64,000 nt of DNA from Clostridia bacterium (GCA_900770385.1 CAAGKK010000044.1:23149-87148); one strand, 5' to 3'. Shown: positions 48,574-60,870, counted from the first letter of the stretch. Notes: generated by a model not told the origin, from the sequence alone. Numbers and translations are program-made.

Positions 48574-49638
48574 ATGAATGAAAAATTAAGATGTTTAAGA
48601 AATAAAATAAGAACAATGGATTTAGATGGTATGATAGTATCAAATCCAGTTAATATAAAATATTTAACAAATATAGAGGCAGAAGGAACATTAGTATTAG
48701 CTAGAAAAGAAAATTTTTTTATAACAGATGGAAGATACATAGAAGATGTTAATAGTACATTAACAATTAATGATGAAATTATAGTATGCGATATTAAAGA
48801 TTTGTCAAAAGAAGATTTTGAAAATTTCTTTTTGTTTTGCGAAAATATAGGATTTGAAGAAAATTATTTAACATATGCTAAATATAAAGAATATATGTAT
48901 AAATATAGAGTGAACAACTTTGTAGAAACAGAAAATATAATAGAAAAACAAAGAGCAATAAAAGATGAAGAAGAGATTAGAAAAATTTCAAAAGCATGTA
49001 ATTTAACAGATGATTGTTTCGAATATATTACAAAATTTATAAAAAAAGGAATGACAGAAAAAGAAATAGCAAATGAAATAGAAAAATATTTTAAAACGCA
49101 TGGTGCAGATGCTCTTTCTTTTGAAACAATTGTAGCTTCTGGTCAAAATTCTTCAAAACCACATGCAGTTCCAACAGATAGAAAAATACAATCTGGAGAT
49201 GCTATTACAATAGATATGGGATGTGTATATGAGGGATATTGCTCAGATATGACTAGAACAATATTTGTAGATGAAATAAACAAAGAAGTACAAGAGATAT
49301 ATCAGTTAGTATTAAAGAATCAAAAACAAACTATTAATGAAATGCGAGAAGGAATGGTTTGCAAAAATGTTGCTAAAATGGTAGTAAACGATTTTGAACT
49401 TAATAACCATACATTGATTCATGGTTTGGGACATGGAGTAGGATTAGATATTCATGAGTTACCTGTATTAGGAACTAAGTCAGAAGTTATACTTAAATCT
49501 AATATGGTAATTACAGATGAACCAGGAATTTATATACCAGGAAAATTTGGAATAAGAATAGAAGATACAGTTCTTGTTGGAAAATCAGTGGGTATACCAC
49601 TTACAAAATCTTCAAAAGAAATTACTATTATAAAATAA
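48574..49638 (+). CDS. pepP: Xaa-Pro aminopeptidase/dipeptidase (M24B)
   Basis: HGLGHGVGLDIHELP, GIRIEDTV. Confidence 0.9.
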   Translation: MNEKLRCLRNKIRTMDLDGMIVSNPVNIKYLTNIEAEGTLVLARKENFFITDGRYIEDVNSTLTINDEIIVCDIKDLSKEDFENFFLFCENIGFEENYLTYAKYKEYMYKYRVNNFVETENIIEKQRAIKDEEEIRKISKACNLTDDCFEYITKFIKKGMTEKEIANEIEKYFKTHGADALSFETIVASGQNSSKPHAVPTDRKIQSGDAITIDMGCVYEGYCSDMTRTIFVDEINKEVQEIYQLVLKNQKQTINEMREGMVCKNVAKMVVNDFELNNHTLIHGLGHGVGLDIHELPVLGTKSEVILKSNMVITDEPGIYIPGKFGIRIEDTVLVGKSVGIPLTKSSKEITIIK

Positions 49639-49664
49639 AAGAAAGAATTTAAAAATTCTTTCTT

Positions 49665-50510
49665 TTATTTTATTCTTAGAAATTTATAATTATCTAAGTT
49701 ATTTATTTCTTTAGTAATATAACCATCTTCATAAATAGAAGAATTATCATTTTCAAAAGGGATTTCAAAACCAACATTACAAATATAGTACTCATTAGCA
49801 TCATTTATTATATTTATATCAAAAGAAACATTAGCTTTAATACTTCTCATAGGAATGCTTGCTCGTTTTAAAATCTTTCCGCTATATTCTATTTGTTGTT
49901 CTGAATATAAGAAATTTGTTTTTACATCTTTATTATAAAATCCTAGTATTAAAGGACTAGATAAATTTTTATCTATAGAATTATTTGAATTATTAATATT
50001 AGCAATATCAGACTCTATGTTAAAATAAAAATTATCATTTATTTTATTCTCGTCTGAGTATGAAGACCTACCAAAATCGGTTTTGGATTTTTTATATAAA
50101 CAAGGTGTACCATATTCTGTAGGAGTAATAGAAATATTATTTATATAAAATTCTTTAACAGTATTTTTATTGCTATTTGAATTAGGAGAATTGTTTAAAT
50201 ATATTGCAATATCAGTATATTGAGATATATTTAAATTCCATACGGCATTATTTAATTCTTTAGCATCTACAGTAGCAGAGGAAAATAAAACGATTTTATT
50301 TAAAGAAAATACTGTTTCATCGTTTAAAGACGAGATTTTTGTATACTCTTTTTCAAAGTTTCCCTTAATAAATATATTACGAATAAAATAAAGATATATA
50401 AAAATAAATATAATTAACAAAATACTTAGAAAATAAATTATTCTAAGTGTTTTCTTATTTAAATTTTTTAAGTTTATTTTATTTCTTTTTCTAGTATTAG
50501 TTCTTCTCAT
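49665..50510 (-). CDS. Hypothetical membrane-anchored protein (281 aa)
   Basis: Basic N-terminus plus one TM, then an Asn/Ser-rich extracytoplasmic part; no family recognised. Confidence 0.55.
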   Translation of the reverse strand: MRRTNTRKRNKINLKNLNKKTLRIIYFLSILLIIFIFIYLYFIRNIFIKGNFEKEYTKISSLNDETVFSLNKIVLFSSATVDAKELNNAVWNLNISQYTDIAIYLNNSPNSNSNKNTVKEFYINNISITPTEYGTPCLYKKSKTDFGRSSYSDENKINDNFYFNIESDIANINNSNNSIDKNLSSPLILGFYNKDVKTNFLYSEQQIEYSGKILKRASIPMRSIKANVSFDINIINDANEYYICNVGFEIPFENDNSSIYEDGYITKEINNLDNYKFLRIK

Positions 50511-50619
50511 TTGTTACTCCTTAGTAATGTTAATATAATATAAGATTTGAATAAAATCAATATAAAAAAATAAATTGACAAAAAAAATATATAGCTTTAA
50601 AATAAAATAGGTGAAACAT

Positions 50620-51879
50620 ATGAAAAAAATCGAAATATATGATAAAAAGTGGAAAAACATAGCAATTATCACAGCAATAATAATAGCAGTTATAATTATT
50701 GTTGCTATTATTATAAATAGAATTGTGCATTATAAAGTAAAGCAAGAAGTGGTTGCTACTGAAGCTAAATCAAGTAATGAATTATTAAAAGATAATGAAA
50801 TTGAGTGGTTTGAAAACAATGACGATAAACAAAATGATATATATGATATTATAAATGAAAATGTAAATAAAACAGAAAAAGAAGAAATACAAACAGAAAC
50901 TGTCGAACTAGAATATGAAACAGAATATACAAATAACGAAGAACTTCCAAAAGGTATGGTAAAAGTTTTGCAACAAGGAGAAGATGGAAAACAAGAATTA
51001 ATAATTAGAAAAAAATACAATGGAGAAGAATTGGTAAGTGATGAACAAATAGGTAGAAAGATAACATCTCCATGTATTAATAAAATCGTAGAAGTAGGAA
51101 CAGCATCATACTATGATAAACATACAATAAAAGTGGGAGAAACAGTATATTCTACACCATATAATTTAGCTATAAGAGAAAACCCAGAAAAAACTGCAGA
51201 AGTGTTAATAAAAATAAGCCAGGATTCAAAATTAAAAATTTTGAAAAAATCTAGTAGTTGGTATTATGTGGAATATGGCTCTTACTATGGATGGGTAGAA
51301 AAAGACTGCGTAACATATTTAAACCCAACTAAAAATACTTATAACAATAAAAATGATAAATATACAAAAGCACAATTACTAGCAAAATTAAATAAAAACA
51401 TTGACTTAAGTAAACCAAGTGGCTTTTCATTAGAACAGTTTAAAAAGGTATTATCAAATAATAATCAAGATAAAAATAAAGTATTAGAAAATAATGCTGA
51501 GTATTTTTATTATATAGAACAACAATATGGAATAAATGGAGTATTTGTAGCAGCTATAGGTATACATGAAAGTGCGTGGGGAACATCTAAAATTGCAAGA
51601 GATAAAAAGAATTTGTTTGGTTATGGAGCATATGACATGAGTGCATATTCAAGTGCATACTCTTACAATGGATATGCAGCAGGAATAGATATGATAGCCA
51701 GAGTATTAGTAAAACATTATCTAAATCCAAAAGGAACTAGTATTTATGATGGAGAAAAAGCAACAGGAAGGTTTTATGATGGAAAAACATTAACAGCAGT
51801 TAATAAAAGATATGCAACAGACAAAAATTGGAGCAGTAGTGTGTACACTTGGATGCAATATTTATATAAAAGATTATAA
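50620..51879 (+). CDS. Cell-wall hydrolase: TM, G5, SH3b and GH73 N-acetylglucosaminidase domains
   Basis: G5-like LPKGMVKVLQQGEDGKQELIIRKKY; SH3-like SWYYVEYGSYYGWV; GH73 AAIGIHESAWGTSKIA...NLFGYGAYD; AGGTGA SD before ATG 50620. Confidence 0.8.
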   Translation: MKKIEIYDKKWKNIAIITAIIIAVIIIVAIIINRIVHYKVKQEVVATEAKSSNELLKDNEIEWFENNDDKQNDIYDIINENVNKTEKEEIQTETVELEYETEYTNNEELPKGMVKVLQQGEDGKQELIIRKKYNGEELVSDEQIGRKITSPCINKIVEVGTASYYDKHTIKVGETVYSTPYNLAIRENPEKTAEVLIKISQDSKLKILKKSSSWYYVEYGSYYGWVEKDCVTYLNPTKNTYNNKNDKYTKAQLLAKLNKNIDLSKPSGFSLEQFKKVLSNNNQDKNKVLENNAEYFYYIEQQYGINGVFVAAIGIHESAWGTSKIARDKKNLFGYGAYDMSAYSSAYSYNGYAAGIDMIARVLVKHYLNPKGTSIYDGEKATGRFYDGKTLTAVNKRYATDKNWSSSVYTWMQYLYKRL

Positions 51880-51945
51880 AAAATGAATAATATCCGTGTA
51901 GGGGGCGGACAGCTCTGTTTGCCCGCTGGCTACGAAGAAACACTA
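51880..51945 (+). repeat. GC-rich hairpin repeat, copy C
   Basis: AAAAATGAATAATATCCGTGTA-GGGGGCGGACAGCTCTGTTTGCCCGC-TGGCTACGAAGAAACAC; starts at the first nt after the stop at 51877-51879. Confidence 0.8.
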
Positions 51946-51955
51946 TAAAAATATC

Positions 51956-51984
51956 TTTACAATAAAATAAATTTAATATATAAT
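51956..51984 (+). promoter_or_regulatory. Sigma-A type promoter of the pilin-like LRR gene
   Basis: TTTACA, 17-nt spacer, TATAAT. Confidence 0.6.
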
Positions 51985-52017
51985 TTAATCAAATAAAAAC
52001 GAAAGAAGGAAAAATAT

Positions 52018-53844
<1,827 letters not shown>

Positions 53845-54000
53845 AAAAGTAGTGTTATATCTAACAGATGAACAAAAAAATGATAATACAAAAATACCAA
53901 GAACTTGGCAGAAAGATGTAACAAACGTAAAAGAATGGACAGAAACAATAGATAATGAAAAAGTGATATGGACTGTGACTGAATAAAATAGCTAATAAAA

Positions 54001-54026
54001 TACCGCCCGTTTTACAGGCGGTATTT
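54001..54026. terminator. Bidirectional terminator between the LRR gene and tetR
   Basis: AAAA-TACCGCC...GGCGGTA-TTT. Confidence 0.75.
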
Positions 54027-54036
54027 ATTATGATAT

Positions 54037-54657
54037 TTAACTTTTATTATCATTTAAAAGCATATTGGTTATTTGTATAATTGCAACATCAATCATTTTA
54101 TTATAATCTAATTCTTTATGACCATGATATACAATCTCATGGCAAATATCATCTATTATATGCATAGAAATATGAACCTTTTCATAAATATTTTCAATAT
54201 GAAAATTATTTTCTGTTAATACATTAACTATTTTTTTTGTCATATACATTTCGTGCTTTTGAAAGAATATGGCTATTTCTTTATCCAAATGTATCATAGC
54301 AGTAATCTCCTCGTGAGCAATTTGAGATAACTTGTGATTTTCTATAAACTTATTAATCATTTTATTTAAAACTATAGGTAAATCTTCTTTTTTTATTTTT
54401 TGATCGATATCTATTTTTAACATAGGATAGAATATATCAGATGAGTACTTTTCAATACCTTCAATTAATATATCATGTTTATCTTTAAAATATTGATAAA
54501 CAATTCCAGTTGATACACCTGCATATTTAGCAATTTCAGCAGTATTAGTATTATAATATCCTTTTTTACATATAAGATCAAAGCCTGCTTCTATTATTTT
54601 ATTTCTTTTTTCAATGGAACGCTTTTGAATAGGCGTTCTTACTTCATTTAAGCTCAT
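54037..54657 (-). CDS. TetR-family transcriptional regulator
   Basis: TAEIAKYAGVSTGIVYQYFKDK HTH; AAGGAG SD before ATG 54657 (tracked ORF is over-extended to 54741). Confidence 0.9.
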   Translation of the reverse strand: MSLNEVRTPIQKRSIEKRNKIIEAGFDLICKKGYYNTNTAEIAKYAGVSTGIVYQYFKDKHDILIEGIEKYSSDIFYPMLKIDIDQKIKKEDLPIVLNKMINKFIENHKLSQIAHEEITAMIHLDKEIAIFFQKHEMYMTKKIVNVLTENNFHIENIYEKVHISMHIIDDICHEIVYHGHKELDYNKMIDVAIIQITNMLLNDNKS

Positions 54658-54723
54658 AAAATAAATCTCCTTAATATATTTATAATTAATATTATAAGTA
54701 AAAATAAAATAAAAGTCAAACAA

Positions 54724-54804
54724 ATATGAAAAAACTTTCATATTATATTGACTTTTTCTTTTAATATTATTATAATTCTTAGCAGAAATATGAAATTAAT
54801 TTCA
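54724..54804. promoter_or_regulatory. Divergent control region: two palindromes flanking a sigma-A promoter
   Basis: ATATGAAA-AAAC-TTTCATAT (54724-54743); TTGACT, 17-nt spacer, TATAAT (54748-54776); TGAAATTAATTTCA (54791-54804). Confidence 0.6.
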
Positions 54805-54818
54805 ATTAAGGAGGAATT

Positions 54819-55529
54819 ATGGAAAAAATAGTAGAGTTACAAAATGTTAGTAAAGTATATAAAATAGGTGAAAGCGAGTTTAAAGCTCTCGATAATATTG
54901 ATTTGTCTATAAACAAAGGCGAATTTGTAGTAGTACTTGGACCATCAGGAGCTGGAAAATCTACTCTATTAAATTTAATTGGTGGAATGGATTCACCAAC
55001 AAAAGGAAAAATAAAAATAGATGGAGAGGAAATTTCTAAATATAATGAAAATAAACTAAGTGAATACAGAGCAGAAAATATTGGATTTATATTTCAATTT
55101 TATAATATACTTCCAACATTAACAGTTTTAGAAAATGTTGAACTTGTAAAAGATGTTGTAAAAAATGGAAATGATAGCAAAAAAGCAATAGAGGCAGTAG
55201 GATTAAGCAAACATATGAATAAATTTCCAAATCAATTATCAGGAGGAGAACAACAAAGAGTTTCAATTGCCAGAGCAATTGCTAAAAATCCTAAATTACT
55301 ATTATGTGATGAACCAACAGGAGCATTAGACTCTAAAACTGGTGTTGAAGTTTTGAAATTATTAAAAAAACAATGCGATGGAAATAATGGTGCTAATACA
55401 GTAATAATAGTAACTCATAATAGTTTATTTGCAGATATAGCAGATACAGTTATAAGAGTGAAAAATGGAAAAATAGAAAGTGTAACTGCAAATCCAAATC
55501 CTAAAAAGATTGATGAGGTGAAGTGGTAA
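54819..55529 (+). CDS. ABC transporter ATP-binding protein (MacB/LolD-like)
   Basis: GPSGAGKST Walker [27 protein letters not shown]. Confidence 0.92.
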   Translation: MEKIVELQNVSKVYKIGESEFKALDNIDLSINKGEFVVVLGPSGAGKSTLLNLIGGMDSPTKGKIKIDGEEISKYNENKLSEYRAENIGFIFQFYNILPTLTVLENVELVKDVVKNGNDSKKAIEAVGLSKHMNKFPNQLSGGEQQRVSIARAIAKNPKLLLCDEPTGALDSKTGVEVLKLLKKQCDGNNGANTVIIVTHNSLFADIADTVIRVKNGKIESVTANPNPKKIDEVKW

Positions 55530-55530
55530 T

Positions 55531-57930
55531 ATGTTATTTAAAAAATGCTTAAGAGATATTAAATTAAATAAATCTCAATTTTTAAATATATTTATAATGG
55601 TATTTTTAGGAATATTTGTTTTTGCGGGAATTCATTCATATATGGATGGAATGAGAACCAGTGGGGAAAGATTTTATGAAAATAACAATTTAGCAGATCT
55701 ATGGCTTTCAGGTGAAAACTTTTCAAAAGATGATTTAGAAGATGTTAAAAAAATAGATAATGTTAATGATGCTGAAAGAACATTAATACTAAAAACGGAA
55801 CTATTAGACTACAATGATGTAGTGCTTGAGGCTAATTTTATTGAAAGCAATAATATATGCGAAATGTATGTGCAAGAAGGAGAAGCTTTTGATAAAAATA
55901 AAAAAGGCGTTTGGCTTGATAGTTATTTAGCTAAAAATCTTGGAATAAATCTTGGAGACGAAATAAAATTTAAATATGAGAAATATGAAATGAAAGAAAA
56001 AGTTGTTGGTTTAGTATATACACCAGATCATATATATAATGTTAAAGATCAAACAGCAATTTTTCCGAACCATAAAGATTTTGGATTTATATATTTATCA
56101 ATTAATGAATTTCCAGATCAATTAATATACGATAAAATTAGAGATAAAATGAAAGATGAAAATCCTTATTTAAAAAACGTAGATATCACTAATAAAATGA
56201 TAGAAGAAAATATAAAGGATTTTGATATATCAGATTACTATGTATTTACTAATGTATTGGTAGACTTAAAAGATACCAGTAAAATAGAAGATACTAAAAG
56301 AACAATTGAAAATGAAATCGAATCAGTTTTAGCTGTTACAGATAGAGAAGCAAATGCTTCATATGTAACATTAAATTCTGAAATCGAAGAAGGAAATACA
56401 TATTCTAGTGTATTTACATTATTATTTTTATTTATTGCAATGTTATCTGTAATTACAACCATGAATAGATTTGTAAAAAAACAAAGAGCACAAATAGGAA
56501 CATTAAAAGCTTTAGGAATCAAAAAAAGAAAAATAACAATGCATTATGTAGGATATGGATTTACAATAAGTTTAGTAGCAAGTGTACTGGGACTTATACT
56601 GGGAAATATAGTAATAGGCAATTTTTTTATGAATATGGAAATGGAATATTTTGAAATCCCAGCTTACAGTACAATAATTCTACCTATTGTATATGAATTA
56701 TCAATAGCTGTTATATTAATAGTAACTTTTGTTACATATTTATCATGTAGAAGTATATTAAAAGAACCTGCGGTTGAAGCATTAAGGGTTGAAATACCAA
56801 AAGTTAAAAATACAAAATTCGATTTGACTACAAAAGGAGTATTTAAAAAAGCCTCAATTTCAACTAAATGGAATATAAGAGATATTTGTAGAAATAAAGG
56901 AAGAAGCCTTATGGCAATTGTTGGTGTTATAGGCTGTACAATGTTACTTGTTTGTGCTTTTGGAATGCTTGATACTATGAATTCATACTTAGAATGGGAA
57001 TTTGATGTTTTAAATGATTTTAAATATAAAGTTTCTTTAAGTAATGAATATAGCAACAGTGATTTAGACTCATTAAAAGAAAAATATGGAGATGCAACAA
57101 GTGCAACTGTTGGCATTGAAGTACAAATAAATGATAAGAAAGAAGCAAATACACTTGTGGTTAATGATGCAACAGATTATTTAAAATATACAAACCATAA
57201 AAAGAAATATATAAATCTAAGTGATGATGGAATATATCTTACAGAAAAGCTTGCTGACAAATGGAATATAAAGGTTGGCGATGAAATTAAATTTCACTTG
57301 TTTGGAGATGAAGAGTGGTATACTTGTAAAGCTGTAGGTTTAAATCGTGATCCACAAAATCAAAATTTAAATATTACAAGAAAATGTTATGAAAATTTAG
57401 GGCTTGAATATAAACCGGATTCTTTATATACAAATGACGATTTGAGTAATGCTAAAAACTTAGATGGAGTAAATACAATTCAAAGTATAGAGAATTTAAA
57501 AGATGGAATACAAAGTATGCTAAAAACTGTAAAAACAATGGTATGTTTATTAGTTGTTGTATCTGGAATACTTTCAGCAGTAATTATATATAACTTAGGA
57601 ATATTATCATTTAGTGAAAAGCAATACCAATTTGCAACATTAAAAGTACTTGGGTTTAAAGATAAGCAAATAAAGAAGATATTTGTAAAACAAAACTTAT
57701 GGCTTTCAGTAATTGGAATTATAATAGGTTTACCTCTTGGAAGCATAATGCTTAAGTATATATTTGAAGCAGCATTAGGAGATAATTATGATTTTGTTGC
57801 TATAGTTAAAACAATGTCATATATTTATGCAGCAGTTGGAAGTTATATTGTATCAGTTATAGTTAATAAGCTATTAGCTAAAAAAGTAAAAAATATAGAC
57901 ATGGTAACAAGCCTAAAAGGAAATGAATAA
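55531..57930 (+). CDS. ABC transporter permease with duplicated FtsX-like modules
   Basis: 799 aa; two 4-TM FtsX-type modules, each with a large extracytoplasmic loop. Confidence 0.85.
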   Translation: MLFKKCLRDIKLNKSQFLNIFIMVFLGIFVFAGIHSYMDGMRTSGERFYENNNLADLWLSGENFSKDDLEDVKKIDNVNDAERTLILKTELLDYNDVVLEANFIESNNICEMYVQEGEAFDKNKKGVWLDSYLAKNLGINLGDEIKFKYEKYEMKEKVVGLVYTPDHIYNVKDQTAIFPNHKDFGFIYLSINEFPDQLIYDKIRDKMKDENPYLKNVDITNKMIEENIKDFDISDYYVFTNVLVDLKDTSKIEDTKRTIENEIESVLAVTDREANASYVTLNSEIEEGNTYSSVFTLLFLFIAMLSVITTMNRFVKKQRAQIGTLKALGIKKRKITMHYVGYGFTISLVASVLGLILGNIVIGNFFMNMEMEYFEIPAYSTIILPIVYELSIAVILIVTFVTYLSCRSILKEPAVEALRVEIPKVKNTKFDLTTKGVFKKASISTKWNIRDICRNKGRSLMAIVGVIGCTMLLVCAFGMLDTMNSYLEWEFDVLNDFKYKVSLSNEYSNSDLDSLKEKYGDATSATVGIEVQINDKKEANTLVVNDATDYLKYTNHKKKYINLSDDGIYLTEKLADKWNIKVGDEIKFHLFGDEEWYTCKAVGLNRDPQNQNLNITRKCYENLGLEYKPDSLYTNDDLSNAKNLDGVNTIQSIENLKDGIQSMLKTVKTMVCLLVVVSGILSAVIIYNLGILSFSEKQYQFATLKVLGFKDKQIKKIFVKQNLWLSVIGIIIGLPLGSIMLKYIFEAALGDNYDFVAIVKTMSYIYAAVGSYIVSVIVNKLLAKKVKNIDMVTSLKGNE

Positions 57931-58080
57931 AAATAAGGCAAACTTTTATGTTTGCTTTATTTTTTGTGCTAATATTCTTTTAAAAAAATATTTCAAAAAA
58001 AACTTGTTTTTTTATATGTTCTAGTGTATGATATTGTAAGATATGATTAGTATACGGAAATAGCGAAAGGAGAAAGATAT

Positions 58081-58482
58081 ATGAAAAAAGTTGTAGCAAT
58101 TATTTTTATTTTAATTTGTATATTTTCAATATCTACAATTTATGCTACTAATAATAATCAAATTATGAATAATGAAACGGAAAATCAATTAGTACAAATA
58201 AAAGATAAAGAATTAAAAAGTTTAGAAGACTATAAACAAGCATATGGTTCAGAAAGCTATGGTTTAACAGCATATCTTTTGGGAAAAATAAGAATATATA
58301 GTATACCATTTTGCTTTATAGGAATTGCTGTTGGAGCAATATATCAATATGTAATAGGTATAAGGAAAATCGATATTAGAGACAGAGGATTTGCACTATG
58401 CATTGCCTTTGTTACAATTTTCGTGATATGTCAGGTATTACCGCTAATATTTGCTATTGTAGTAAAAAGTTGGAGGGGTTAA
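58081..58482 (+). CDS. Small membrane protein (signal/anchor plus 2 TM)
   Basis: AAAGGAG SD; 133 aa; 3 nt before the next gene. Confidence 0.6.
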   Translation: MKKVVAIIFILICIFSISTIYATNNNQIMNNETENQLVQIKDKELKSLEDYKQAYGSESYGLTAYLLGKIRIYSIPFCFIGIAVGAIYQYVIGIRKIDIRDRGFALCIAFVTIFVICQVLPLIFAIVVKSWRG

Positions 58483-58485
58483 CAA

Positions 58486-60870
58486 ATGAAAGTTTTATTT
58501 GCTGTTAGTAATGAAAATATATCTACACAAATAGTAAAAAGATATCAAAAAGAATATAAAGAAATAATATCATATAAGAATATGTATTATTTTAATGCTG
58601 TTGTAAAAGAACTTCAAAGAGATAAATCTTACGACAGAATAGTTATAGGAGAAGATCTAGAACCATTTTCTAATAATAACTATGATGCTATAGATAAATT
58701 TATATTTGATAAATTAGACAGTATTAGTGATGAAGCAACAGGTAGTGAAGGAGATATTCCAATTATTTTAATATGCGCAGATAGAAGAGCAAAAGCAGAT
58801 CCAATGTTAGTAAAATTATTTGGATTAGGAATATATAATGCGCTATTAGGACCAGATAAAAGTATAGAAAATGTATGCAAGATGATTAACAGACCTCGTA
58901 GCAAAAAAGAAGCTAAAATTTATTATAAAATAGATTCAGATGAAGTTAATTATCAAAGTGAAAATGAAGATACTGTTAGTGAAGTAGAAATAAAAAATAT
59001 ATTAGCTCATTATAAGAGATTGGGAAAAAATGAAGATAGATATGTAGAAAGCTTTAATAATATTGCTGCACAATATAATGATGCACAATTAAGAATTATA
59101 ACAAAATTCTTACCATTAAATGTAAAAGCAGTTTTAGAAGAGCAATCTCCTAAATATCAATCAGTTATGACATTTGGAGATACTGCTTCAGCTATAAACA
59201 GCAGTATGAATCAACAAAAGAAAAAAGATGAAGGTTTAAAAATGGGCTTCTTAAATACTAATAGTGGAAGACCAACTAGACCAGTAATTGTGCCAACAGC
59301 TGTTAATAAAGCAGGAAGAAAAATAGGAACATCTGCAGTTCAACAACAGCAACCTCAAGTTCAAAGAACAATAAATCAAAATTCTTATCAAACTGGTAAC
59401 AATTATTCACCAGCAAGACCTGCTCAAATGCCAAGAATGCCGGAACCTGAAATTGCACCAGTTATGCCAGAACCTGAAGAAGATTTTGAAACAGTAGAAA
59501 TGAATACACCTTCTGTACCAGTTGTAGAAGAAGTACAACCAGTAAAAAGAGGAAGGGGTAGACCTAAGAAAAATGTAGAGCCTATTGAACAAATTGAAAA
59601 CAAACCAAAAAGAGGAAGAGGTAGACCTAAAAAAGTAGTAGAAGAACCAGTGTTACCAGGCTTTGACGAAGACGAAGAACCAACACTACCAGGTTTTGAA
59701 GATCAAAATGAAGAACCAACATTGCCAGGTTTTGATGTATCAAACAGCGAACCAACTTTACCAGGTTTCGATGAACCAGAAGAAGAAATGACTTTACCAG
59801 GATTTGATAATGTTCAAGAAAAACAAGATACTATGTTACCAGGCTTTGATACACCACAAACAATGTCAAATAATAATGTTAACCAATATTCAAGACCAGA
59901 GCCAAGTGGAACAATGTCAAGTTATGGATCAACAAATTCACTTTCTAACTATTCTAATAGCTCTAGTAATTCATACTATTCAAATTCTAGTATGAGTGCA
60001 ACAAATCTATTATCAAAAGATAAGAAAGTTGTAGCATTTGTTGGAACTACTAAAAATGGAACATCATTCTTAGTAAATAATTTAGGAAAAACATGTGCTA
60101 GTATGGGAATAAAAACGGCTATATTAGACTTAACCACAAATAGAAACTCATATTATATATTTACAAATAATGATGAAAAATTAAGAGGAATAGCATATGA
60201 ATCTATAAAAAAACTAAGAAGCGGTATAGCAAGTGGAATAGCAGCAGATAAAAACTTAGATGTATATACAGCTTTACCAGATGATAGAAATGTTCCTTTA
60301 CAAGATGTTAATGGAATATTATCAACTTTAATTCAAAATTATTCTTTAGTGTTAATGGATTGCGATTTCTCAACACCAGTAGAATATTTTGGAGCAACTC
60401 AAGAAATTTATATAGTACAAAGTTTAGATATTCTTACAATACAACCAATGACAGCATTTTTAAGGGATTTAAAGAGTAAAGAGATATTAAGAGAAGAAAA
60501 AATAAGGGTTATTATTAATAAAGAAGTAAGAGTAAGAGGATTAACACCAAAAGCAATAATTGGTGGACTAGCATTTTATAATGATCCATCAATGTCATTT
60601 ATGACAGAATTATTTAATAAAGATAATGTAAAATACTGTACAGTGCCTTTTGATGAAATAACATATATAAAATATTTGGAAAATGTTATGGACTGCGAAA
60701 TATCAACAAATGGATATTCTAGAGAATTTAATATGAAGATGAAAGAGTTAGCAAGCATGGTATATCCTTTAATTGGAAATAAGTATAAGCCAGTTGGAGA
60801 CTATTCTTCTAATAATAGGTTCTCTTCTAATATGAATAGTACATTGGAACAAATGAAAAGAAATTATTAA
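58486..60870 (+). CDS. Receiver-like N-domain, AT-hooks (x2), LPGF(D/E) motifs (x6), Ser/Asn-rich linker and atypical ParA/MinD (TadZ/CpaE-like) domain
   Basis: MKVLFAVSNE...DRIVIGEDLEP...IPIILICA (CheY-like layout); KRGRGRPKK twice; KVVAFVGTTKNGTSFLVNNLG atypical P-loop; LVLMDCDF Walker-B-like. Confidence 0.7.
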   Translation: MKVLFAVSNENISTQIVKRYQKEYKEIISYKNMYYFNAVVKELQRDKSYDRIVIGEDLEPFSNNNYDAIDKFIFDKLDSISDEATGSEGDIPIILICADRRAKADPMLVKLFGLGIYNALLGPDKSIENVCKMINRPRSKKEAKIYYKIDSDEVNYQSENEDTVSEVEIKNILAHYKRLGKNEDRYVESFNNIAAQYNDAQLRIITKFLPLNVKAVLEEQSPKYQSVMTFGDTASAINSSMNQQKKKDEGLKMGFLNTNSGRPTRPVIVPTAVNKAGRKIGTSAVQQQQPQVQRTINQNSYQTGNNYSPARPAQMPRMPEPEIAPVMPEPEEDFETVEMNTPSVPVVEEVQPVKRGRGRPKKNVEPIEQIENKPKRGRGRPKKVVEEPVLPGFDEDEEPTLPGFEDQNEEPTLPGFDVSNSEPTLPGFDEPEEEMTLPGFDNVQEKQDTMLPGFDTPQTMSNNNVNQYSRPEPSGTMSSYGSTNSLSNYSNSSSNSYYSNSSMSATNLLSKDKKVVAFVGTTKNGTSFLVNNLGKTCASMGIKTAILDLTTNRNSYYIFTNNDEKLRGIAYESIKKLRSGIASGIAADKNLDVYTALPDDRNVPLQDVNGILSTLIQNYSLVLMDCDFSTPVEYFGATQEIYIVQSLDILTIQPMTAFLRDLKSKEILREEKIRVIINKEVRVRGLTPKAIIGGLAFYNDPSMSFMTELFNKDNVKYCTVPFDEITYIKYLENVMDCEISTNGYSREFNMKMKELASMVYPLIGNKYKPVGDYSSNNRFSSNMNSTLEQMKRNY
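59650..59850 (+). repeat. Six short-motif repeats encoding (E)P(T/V/M)LPGF(D/E) in an acidic linker
   Basis: TTACCAGG(C/T/A)TT(T/C)GA recurs at 59653, 59686, 59722, 59758, 59794 and 59836. Confidence 0.9.

Noticed and set aside
50557-50745. 62-aa minus-strand ORF in the divergent region between 49665 and the GH73 gene
   Set aside because: It overlaps the SD and start of the GH73 gene and AT-rich promoter DNA. Its translation is Tyr/Asn/Cys/Phe low-complexity, and it has no SD.
59407-59995. Alternative-frame ORFs inside the ParA-like gene (59407..59592 minus strand; 59804..59995 plus strand)
   Set aside because: They are short, have no SD, and lie within the repetitive linker of a long, well-supported ORF. 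They are frame artefacts of the repeats.
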